Below the pieces are notes generated by a model. It saw only the letters and a program-made list of their open reading frames with translations. It did not search any database and was not told where the DNA came from. Of a stretch of 64,000 bases of DNA, positions 1-9,666 are shown in pieces; positions within the stretch are counted from its first letter, which is position 1; each line of letters opens with the position of its first letter. The stretch spans positions 13,804,784 through 13,868,783 of the forward strand of contig CM121341.1 in assembly GCA_051530055.1 (NCBI GenBank). The letters run 5' to 3'. A program made the position numbers and the translations under genes. The DNA comes from Neoechinorhynchus agilis (lineage: Eukaryota > Animalia > Acanthocephala).

Positions 1-2518
1 CCCGAGTCCAGCCTCACGACCACCATCAAGCAGCGGATAACCAATTTTGATCGACTTTTTGAGGAGGCTGTGACGAAAAGTTACAATAATCAAACTCTTA
101 CCAAGAAACATCCAGAAGGACCCTTCGGCCGTCCTTATAATTTGAGTAATAGGATTTCTGCCAAATTGGCAGACGCAGATGTCCGTGGAGCGGTCAGGTT
201 ACTCAGTTCCACAGCTACGTTTGCGGACAACGACCGCTCGACACTGGAGGCGTTGAGAAGTAAGCATCCTTCAGCTTTGCCACCGATTTTGCCCCCGATA
301 CCGGAAAAGTCGCGTCAATCGACGAGGTGCACGCGGGAGGAACTTAGATGTGCTGTATCCTCGTTCCCCAATGGGTCGGGACATGGACCCGACGGACTTC
401 GACCCCAACACATCAAGGATATGTTGGGATTTGGAACGGGAGTGATGGGAATGAAGCTCGAAACCGAACTCGTTAATGTGGTCGATGAAATCATTAATGG
501 ACCTCTCCCACTTGAAGCAACGAATTTTCTATTCTCGGCATCTCTTTGCGCCCTTTCCAAATCAAACGGAGATATTCGTCCGATAGCTGTGGGCTGCACT
601 CTAAGATGTTTGGCAGGGAAGATTTTGTGTAAGCGACTGAGCGAAAGTGTAGGTGGGCAACTCAGACCTTTTCAGTTGGGCTGCTGTACTCCATGTGGAG
701 CAGAAGCGATAGTGCACTCCACACGTACCTATATCGACGCCTCTGCCACCCCAACGGTTGTCCTAAAAGTCGATTTTTCGAACGCCTTTAATACAGTCGA
801 TCGAACAGCCTTGCTAAGTACCATTGCTCGAGAATTACCTGAAGCCTATGAATACTTTGTGAAGGCGTATGGTTCTAAGACACCTCTACATTTCAACGAG
901 CACACCATTTGGTCCGAAACAGGCCTGCAACAAGGCGATCCTCTCGGCCCCATAGGATTTTCCTTAACAACCAATGGAATATCTCGTAAGCTCAAGGCAA
1001 GTTTGAACGTCTGGTACTTGGATGACGCGACATTGGGCGGTGACCCAAAGACGGTTCTAGAAGACCTGCAATCCCTGCTTGTTTCTGCTGCGGAATTGGG
1101 CCTACGTGTCAACCCCGCGAAGTGTGAACTATTGCCACTAAATATTTCACATTCTCACATGGCGGATATAATGCAGTCCTTCGAATCCGTTGCCCCAGGA
1201 ATCCGATTAATCAACCGGTAAAACTTCACTCTTCTCGGCAGTTGCGTCCTGGATGCGAACATAGATCGCGAGATTGAAGAAGAGCTCCCTAAACTGGATC
1301 TTTTGTGCTCCCGCGTTCAAGAATTGAATGCACACGAAGCTCTCTTCTTGGTGAGAAACTGCCTATACATATCGAAGCTTATGTTCAAGATGAGAGCAGC
1401 CCCGTACTTCCGACACACCAAACGTCTCCTTGACTTAGATGGTTTGATGAAAAAGCATCTTGAGAAGGTAACGAACTGCGCCATCACTGATGAAGCTTGG
1501 CAACAAGCTGCCATTCCGATCAAATACGGAGGTTTAGGCTTACGAAGTGTGGCTGGTTTGGCCCTTCCGGCATTCGTATCCTCGATGCACAAGACGGAGG
1601 AATTACAGGGGGAAATTCTTTTAAACAGAATGCCGAAGCCATGCAAACTATTGAAACAGGGAGTCACATCATGGCTCTCGCAGACCGGTCTGCAACAAGC
1701 TCCAATCAACGCGCACGAACAATCTGCTTGGGATAACCCCTTAATCCTGACGGCTCACAACAAACTAAAAGGCCAGATGGACGAGATGTCTCAAGCTAGA
1801 CTTGTGGCCAGTTCCTCGAAGGAGTCAGGCGCATGGTTGAACGTTTTGCCAATTGGTACTTTGGGAACTTTGCTGGACGACGAGACAGTTCGAATAGTCG
1901 TCGCTCTACGTTTAGGACTTCCAACCTGTGCCCCACACCAGTGCCGATGTGGAATAAAAGTTGACGTGCTCGGGAGACATGGACTCTACTGCAAGAGATC
2001 GAGCGGTCGTTTCCCAAGGCACGCAGAGCTCAACAAGATCATTAGCAGAGCTCTGAACTCGATCCACGTTCCAACCATCCTGGAGCCCAATCACCTCTGT
2101 CGCTCGGATGGTAAGCGTCCCGACGGTATAACCGTTTTCCCTTGGAAAGAAGGGAAGAGTCTAATTTGGGACGCAACATGCGTGGACTCACTCGCCATGT
2201 CCAACCGGCAAGATGCTTTAGCGGAGAGGGGAGGAGCAGCGAGTGCCGTCGAAAGGAGGAAAGTGAAGAAATACAATGAGCTCAAACAAAATTACATTTT
2301 CCTTCCTTTCGGCGTGGAGACACAAGGGGCGCTGGGATCTTCGGCACGAAGCTTTTGTGCCGAACTCGGAAGACGACTTGCAGCAGAAACAGGGGAGCGA
2401 CGCGAGAGGATTTTCCTGATACAAAGAATAAGCCTCGCAATCCAACGAGGAAATGCGGTCAGCGTCCGGGGGACGATTTAATCATTTTAAAATAAATTGT
2501 AGATTCTTCAAAAAAAAA
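1..2518 (+). mobile_element. CRE-clade non-LTR retrotransposon, 3' part (RT + CCHC zinc knuckle + restriction-like endonuclease); 5' end outside window
   Basis: Frame 1 is open from base 1 to TAA 2479-2481 except one in-frame TAA at 1219-1221. RT motifs GPDG, RPIAVG, DFSNAFNTV, LQQGDPLGP, YLDD. C-terminus has CRCG...HGLYCK, RHAELN, KRPDG, WDATC, KVKKY, FGVETQG. AATAAA at 2491 and an A9 tail at 2510-2518. Confidence 0.9.
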
Positions 2519-3015
2519 CACAAAGTAAAAAGAAGAAAGTGCTCAAGGGACGACTGAAAGCGAGAGCGTTTCCTGGAAGGTTTAGTAAAAAGCCTACTAA
2601 TGGGAAAAAGAGACTTTATATTTTCATTTTCACAAAAATATCGAGTTAGTCACTAGAAAACCAAGGTAAAGAAAAGAAAGTGCTCAGGAGACGACTGAAA
2701 ACGTGAGCGTTTCCTGGACGGTTTAGTAAAAATTCTTCCAGTGGGAAAAAGAGACTTTATTTCGTGATTTTCACAAAAATATCGAGGTAATCACTAGAAA
2801 ACCACAGTAAAGAAAAGAAAGTGCTCAGGAAACGACTGAAAACGTGAGCGTTTCGTGGACGGTGTTGTAAAAATCCTTCCAATGGGAAAAAGAGACTTTA
2901 TATCTTGATTTTAACAAAAACATCGAGTTAATCACTAGAAAACAAAAGTAAAGAAAAGAAAGTGCTGAGGATACGACTAAAAAGAGAGCGTTCTCTGGAA
3001 GATTTAACAAAAATT
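2519..3015. repeat. 141-bp tandem repeat, about 3.5 copies
   Basis: Motif agtgct(c/g)a recurs at 2538, 2679, 2820 and 2961; gggaaaaagagactttata and cactagaaaac recur with the same period. Confidence 0.9.
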
Positions 3016-3283
3016 TCTAAGGAGAGAAGCTCCAATTTTGCGGTCGGTGGTGATTACACGTTTTGTGCTTTATTATTGTTAACAAGTGTATTGAACTTGA
3101 GAAAAATTGTAAACGTTCATTTCGATTTAAAATTGGGGGCACGAGGCAAATTTCAACAAAAGCGGATTCTAGTGCTTCTAATCAGCACGATTGAAAAGGA
3201 CGCGTGGTCGTCCGGTTCGTTAGTCCTTCGGATCCAATATTCTTCCTGATATTCGTATAAATCAAGGTTGTCCACCTGAACGC

Positions 3284-4411
3284 ATGCTCCTTTTTCACAG
3301 AATGGATCATATATCACCAGTGCATCAAGGTTTACAGTCTCACATTGAGATTCGAGGGCTAATCGCAAGTAAATTAGCGGGAGCTATAATCGGGCGAGGT
3401 GGTTTAAATATAAAAAAGCTGACTTCTGAGTATAATACACTTATAAGAATTCCCGATTGTGACAGTCCTGAGAGGATATTGCTTGTAAGTGGCGATCGGG
3501 AAAATTGTTATCGGACAATCGAAGCTATCTTTTGTTTGACGGGTACAGACATTAGTGGCTTAAATGAGTTCCGGATGTTAATTCATCATAGTCAAATTGG
3601 TGCCATTATTGGCCGTAAAGGCACTCGGATTAGGGATCTAAGAACGAGGCATGGCTTGGACATCAAGATTTTCTCGGAGTGTTGTCCGGCTTCTACTGAG
3701 CGCATCGTGAGACTCCGAGGTAGAAGTGAAAATGTTTTGAAGGGCATAAGAGAGGTCTATGAGATATTCGATTTACAAAAAGCTGCTCCCAGAGGTACAA
3801 TCGTTAACTATGATCCTCAAAATCAAAATGAGTTTATGTGCCCATATTATGGTGGGATCTCAATTGCTGGAGTTCCCGGTGAGAGCTTTCCAAGAACTCA
3901 CCGTACGTTGAACAATGCAATGGACGTTCGTCATCAAATGGAGCTCATGAGGAGACGCGCTTCCGTCATGGCTATCGCCGTGAATACGAACCACTTTTTG
4001 TACCAAACGCCGACTTACGGTGAGTACATTGATGAGAAATCAAACAATGGGCAACTTTATCACGACTTTAGAAACTCGTGCTCAATTGAAATGCCAAAAT
4101 TCCCCGAAGTCGTCGCTTGTTCCAACCAAAATACTGCGTTAAAATGCACTCATCTGACCATCCCAAACTACTTCTTGCCCATCATTTTTGGACCAAATGG
4201 ACTAACTTTGCAGAACATTAAATCCATATCTAAAACCAATATCGGCGTTATTAGTTCGCGAAATATAAACTCGAAAGTGATGCCCGGGTCACCAATAATA
4301 GCTGAAACAGACAGCATCATCAGTATTGCCGGAAACGACCAGTCGATTTTAAAAGCACGGCACCTTCTGCAGCAAGTGGTGATGGAATCTGGTTTATGGA
4401 GGCCAACGTGA
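3284..4411 (+). CDS. Intronless three-KH-domain RNA-binding protein, hnRNP K/PCBP-like, divergent
   Basis: 375-aa ORF. KH1 LAGAIIGRGGLNIKKL, KH2 IGAIIGRKGTRIRDLR, degenerate KH3 LPIIFGPNGLTLQNIK. KH1-KH2-linker-KH3 layout as in hnRNP K. Confidence 0.8.
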   Translation: MLLFHRMDHISPVHQGLQSHIEIRGLIASKLAGAIIGRGGLNIKKLTSEYNTLIRIPDCDSPERILLVSGDRENCYRTIEAIFCLTGTDISGLNEFRMLIHHSQIGAIIGRKGTRIRDLRTRHGLDIKIFSECCPASTERIVRLRGRSENVLKGIREVYEIFDLQKAAPRGTIVNYDPQNQNEFMCPYYGGISIAGVPGESFPRTHRTLNNAMDVRHQMELMRRRASVMAIAVNTNHFLYQTPTYGEYIDEKSNNGQLYHDFRNSCSIEMPKFPEVVACSNQNTALKCTHLTIPNYFLPIIFGPNGLTLQNIKSISKTNIGVISSRNINSKVMPGSPIIAETDSIISIAGNDQSILKARHLLQQVVMESGLWRPT

Positions 4412-4859
4412 TGTCAGGTGGACTGATAGAGATCAATCAACCGATTAAACTGATAACTCTTTATTGGCCCATTTAAGATCAATAATACTAGAGAAATATC
4501 ATCTTTCTGGATTTTAGAATCGAACTTTTTGTTCAGCTTGTGCCGATTGCAGAATAATCAAATTTTACACTTCATTGCGCTATTGTTAACTTTGCCGACT
4601 TCCAATCTGTCGTTCTAGCAATGCCTTCTGGATAGAGTAAAAGTAGATACTCGTGCCATAATTCGTGCGGATGGCACAATTTTTGGATCCGAAGGACAGT
4701 TGAATAGGAACACAAAATCATGTAAAGATAATTGTGAGGCAATGTTCAAATATGAACTTTTTTCCCAAAAGGAAACAAAATAGCCCGTTGCACTTCGATT
4801 TTTATCAATACAACAACTTTCTTCATGCTTTTCCCTTCTCGGGGTCGCACAAAAACTTG

Positions 4860-5260
4860 CAGTAAAGACTTTACACGCTCCTCCAACCCGTTTCCTTCAA
4901 ATGTCGGTCCTCAGCCATACAACCTCTCCATCGTTTTCTCGGCCTTCTGTGCCTCCTGGTCCCTTCGATTTTCATTTTCTCAACTTTTCGAATAAATCCA
5001 TTCCGTTCTTCACCTTTCACCATATCGCTCCATTTGATCCTCCGTTTCGCGATAGCTTCCTTTGCGTCCTCCACGTTCGCTGAGCCCCATACCGCATTAT
5101 TTGGCAGACTGATTTCTCCCCGGGGAAATTTTTAGACCTTGACTTTCTAGAGCTTCCCTCCATTTCTCTAGGTCATTGTTGAGATCCTGGGAATTATAGC
5201 CGGAGAGGTAGATGTCGTCGGCGAAAAGCATGTTTCATGGCGGATATTTACAAATCGGGT
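4860..5260 (-). mobile_element. Degenerate RTE-clade LINE fragment
   Basis: Minus strand reads MLFADDIYL at about 5210-5240, then an RTE-type C-terminus (RRIKWSDMVK...KIEGTRRHRRPRKRWRGC). The two parts are too close together, so it is internally deleted. Confidence 0.7.
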
Positions 5261-5997
5261 TGCTGATGTCATCCATAATGACTACAAGCAAATAAGGGCT
5301 CAAAGCTGAACTTTGATGCAATCGTACGTTCACCGAGAAGCTATCCGTATAACCAATTGGCGTCCTAAATCGAAAATACTAGGAATACGGTGCATATATT
5401 GCACTCAAAACGTATTTGCTCCAACTTCAAAATATGATATTTTATAGACCAAATGTTCTACGTTAGGAACAAACGAGCTATGCTCATGATTTGTAAATAT
5501 TCTGAAATAAAACTGTAATTTTTTGCACCAATGTAAATCAATAAATAGCATCAACTAAGATATTACCCTCGGCTAATATGTGGTCGTATATTTTTAGTTT
5601 AAGTGGAAAATATTAGTGCCATTTTAACAGCTCACTTTCAAGGAAATTTCGAATAAAATTTAGGATACACAACCGGTTGCAAACGGTTTTGTACACGAAT
5701 TTTATAGGTGTATGTTATTAAAGCCCTCTAATTATTTTTTTAACACGTGAAAAACGGCAGCACATTTCAATAGGTCGGTAAAATTAAGAAGTTTATTGCC
5801 CAAGAATAATAATTCTTTTAAGTCTGGATGCGATTCTTCCTACAAGGAAGAATATTTTTAATGAAAATTTTCTTTAAAGCTTTCATATCATTGAGAATAC
5901 AGGAGGCATTACATTTGCTACCAACAGAAACGTTCAAGGGCATAACTTCAACAAATCATTTTTGATGGTCTGCCCATATTTACCTTAATAAAACCTA

Positions 5998-8812
5998 AGA
6001 AAAATCTCCATTTGAAATTAGCGAAAGATAAGATCGTCTTTTTAAAATTGATCATTCAGCCAATCAGCGCCTCAGCGTAGACCACAGGTCCGACAAGTGA
6101 TTGGATTTACTTTAATAGAACGTACAATTATTTGTAGGTTTAATAGAAGATAAATTTCTATTATAAATAAGCCAAAGATATGATTGTCTTTTTAAAATAG
6201 AACCTTCAGCCAATAAGCGCCTCCGCGTAGACTACAGGTCTGACTGGTGATTGGATTTACTTTAATAAAACGTACAATTATTTGGAGCCCTAATCGAAGT
6301 AAAATTTCCATTTTAAATAAGCCAAAGATATGATTGTCTTTTTAAAATAGAACCTTCAGCCAATAAGCGCCTCCGCGTAACTTTAATAAAACGTACAATT
6401 ATTTGGAGCCTTAATCGAAGTAAAATCTCCATTTGCAATGAGCGAAAGATATGATTGTCTTTTTAAAATAGATAATTCAGCCAATCAGCGCCTGCGCGTA
6501 GACTACAGGTCTGACTGGCGATTGGATTTACTTTAATAAAACGTACAATTAATCAGACTCTTAATAGAAGAAAAATCTCCATTTGAAATAAGCGAAAGAT
6601 ATGATTGTCTTTTAAAAATAGATCATTCAGCCAATCAGCGCCACCGCATAGACCGCAGGGCTGACTGGTGATTGGATCTACTTTAATAAAATGTACAATT
6701 ATTTGGAGTCTTAATAGAAGAAAAATCTCCATTTGAAAAAACGGAAGATATGATTGCCTTTTTAAAATAGATCATGAAAGATATGATCGTCTTTTTAAAA
6801 AAGATCATTTAGTGAATCAGAGCCTCAGCTTATACCACAGGTCTGACCGGTGATTGCATTTACTTTAATAAAATGTACAATTTTTTGGACTCTTATTAAA
6901 AGAAAAATCCCCATTTGAAATAAGCGAAAGATATGATTATCTTTTTAAAATAGATCATTCAGCCAATCAGCGCCTGCGCGTAGACCACAGGTCTGACTGG
7001 TGATTTGATTTACTTTAATAAAATTTACAATTATTTGGAGTCTTAATCGAAGAAAAATCTACATTTTAAATAAGCGAAAGATATGATCGTCTTTTTAAAA
7101 TAGATAATTCAGCCAATCAGCTCCTCGGCGTAGACCACAGGTCTGACTGGTGATTGGATTTACTTTTATAAAATGTACAATTATTTGGAGTCCTAATAGA
7201 AGAAAAATCTACATTTGAAATAAGCGAAAGATATGATTGTCTTTTTAAAATAGATTATTCATCCAATCAGCACCTGCGCGTAGACCACAGGTCTGACTGG
7301 TGATTGTATTTACTTTAATAAAACGTGCAATTATTTGGAGTCTTAATAGAAGAAAAATCTCGACTTGAGATAAGCGAAAGATATGATTGTCTTTTAAAAA
7401 TACATCATTCAACCAATCAGCGCCTCCGCATAGACTACAGGTCTTACTGGTGATTGGATTTACTTTAATAAAACGTACAATTATTTGGAGTCTTAATAGA
7501 AGAAAAATCTCCATTTGAAATAAGCGAAATATAATATCGTCTTTTTAAAATAGATCATTCAGCCAATCAGCGCCTCAGCGTAGACCAGGGGTCCGACTGG
7601 TGATTGGGTTTACTTTAATAAAACGTACAATTATTTGGAGTCTTAATAGAAGAAAAATCTCAATTTGAAATAAGCGAAAGATATGATTTTCTCTTAAAAA
7701 TAGATCATTCAGCCAATCAGCGCCTCAGCATAGAGCACAGGTCCGAATCATGATTGGGTTTACTTTAATAAAACGTACAATTATTTGGAGTCTTAATAGA
7801 AGAAAAATCTCCGTTTGAAATAAGCGAAAGATATGATTGTCTTTACAATTATTTGGAGTCTTAATAGAAGAAAAATCTCCATTTAAATAAGGAAAGATAT
7901 GATTCTTTTAAATAGATCTTCAGCCAATCAGCCCTCGCGTAACCACAGTCGACTGGTATTGGATTTACTTTAATAAAACGTACAATTATTTGGAGTTAAT
8001 AAAGAAAAATCTATTTGAAAAGCGAAGTTGATTGTTTTTTAAATGATTTCACATAGCCCTGGTGACACAGGTCGACTGGATTGGATTTCTTAATAAATAC
8101 AATTATTGGAGTTTAATGGTTTTTCGTTAAAAGATATTCACCAATCAGCGCCTCAGCATGAGCACAGGTCCGATCATGATTGTTTACTTTAAAAAACGTA
8201 CAATTATTGGAGTCTTAATAGAAGAAAAATTTTTTAAATAAGCGAAAGATATGATTGTCTCTTTAAAATAGATCATTCAGCCAATCAGCGCCTCTGCGTA
8301 GACCACAGGTCAGACTGGTGATTGGATTTACTTTAATAAAACGTACAATTATTTGGAGTCCTAATAAAAGAAAAATCTCGATTTGAAATAAGCGAAAGAT
8401 ATGATTGTCTTTTTTAAATGATCATTCAGCCAATCAGCGCCTCCACGTAGACCACAGGTCTGACTGGTGATCGGATTTACTTTAATAAAACGTACAATTA
8501 TTTGGAGTCTTAATAGAAGAAAAATCTCCATTTGAAAAAAAACGAAAGATATGATTGTCTTTTTAAAAAAGATCATTCAGCAAATCAGGGCCTGCGCGTA
8601 GACCACTGGTCTGACTGGCTATTGGATTTACTTTAATAAAATGTACAATTATTTGGAGTCATAATAGAAAAATCTCCATTTGAAATAAGCGAATGATATG
8701 ATTGTGTTTCTAAAAGAGATCATTCAGCCACTAAGCGCCTCTGCGTAGACCACATGTCCGACTGGTGATTGGATTTGCTTTAATAAAACGTACAATTATT
8801 TGGAGTCTTAAT
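5998..8812. repeat. 150-bp satellite array, left block (about 19 monomers)
   Basis: a(g/t/a)ccaatcag recurs at 6961, 7111, 7261, 7411, 7561, 7711 (exact 150-bp period). AT-rich monomer with GC-rich core ccaatcagcgcc...agaccacaggtctgactggtgattgg. Confidence 0.97.
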
Positions 8813-9666
8813 ATAGAGAGAGATTTTCCCTAAAACGTTCCCGAGTGCGTTTTATTTTTTATTTTTTTTATTTTGTCCGAATATTCGCCGCTTCGCGGCT
8901 TCTTCGGGGACTCTCCCTAACTCTGAAAGGTCAGAAATGGGATAGACTGTCGGACAATTAATCCTTCCTATTGAGTAATCCCGTTGTTGGTGCCACTGAT
9001 GCTGCTACTCCTCCAAGACCAATAAGCAGAGCTTCGGCAATGCAAAAGGTCTACGGGATCGGATGCCCTGTAGAGAACCCCCACCCCCAAAACTGAGCTA
9101 ACATTATTGTGGTGGTGGTTAGCAAAATGGGTGGCCAACGGTGCTGACGCGTAAGACGGTGCGCGCGGGTTACGTGCATTACGGAAATGTTCAGTTACCC
9201 ACTGTTGTAGCCTCCGCTCCGTCATCCGGTATACCACGCTGCTCATCATACAGGCTGCCTTCGGTCTTCGTCTTCCATCTTCATTGTCCAATAGACATAA
9301 AATGCACATAATGCACTTTTTTGGACAATTCTCCTGATCCTCGTGGTGATTAGTCCTCATCAGAAGTTTTCTTAAGGAAGGACCGGTCATATGCACAACC
9401 CGTGCTCTGACACGGTATTCCCGAAGTATTCGCTTCACGTTCCATGTGAAATCTTCGGATATATACGGGATTCTCAACCGTGGTAAATCGATAAAACGAT
9501 CGTTTCGATTTCGTCGGTTGTTTGTCCTGTCAATCATCCGGTCTACTTCTTGTGTAGAATATCCGTAGCTTGCGAAAATACCTCGGATCCGTTCCTCTGC
9601 ATCTAATCTGCTCTGTCCAGTTGTCGAGCATAATCTAGCATTTCTCAACATGCCTACTAAAATCGC
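8813..9666 (-). mobile_element. 5'-truncated Penelope-like element inserted in the satellite (RT thumb/linker + disabled GIY-YIG region)
   Basis: ORF 8968-9729(-) contains PLE-like IFASYGYS, LRIPYISE, CxxxC/CxxC linker, VVYRM..TERRLQQWVTEH and LATHF. The expected CxxC...YIG segment is missing. Satellite resumes at 9667. Confidence 0.85.
8875..8911 (-). ncRNA. Degenerate minimal type I hammerhead ribozyme at the PLE 3' end
   Basis: Minus strand: GUCC-CCGAAGA-A-GCCGC GAA GCGGC-GAAUAUUC-GGAC. Stem I GUCC/GGAC, core CUGANGA with U4C, stem II hairpin, palindromic GAAUAUUC where GAAA and stem III are expected. Confidence 0.6.

Noticed and set aside
2519-3015. 141-bp repeat as a spliced-leader RNA array or CRISPR
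   Set aside because: The AG|GTAAT donor-like site is present in only one copy, no conserved Sm site follows it, and there is no repeat-spacer structure; the context is eukaryotic.
7850-8225. A distinct, shorter satellite subfamily
   Set aside because: Scattered single-base deletions throughout look like unpolished read noise rather than a coherent variant.
7245-8576. ORFs 7245-7514(-) and 8361-8576(-) as genes
   Set aside because: They are read-throughs of the 150-bp (3n) satellite monomer with no protein-like signal.
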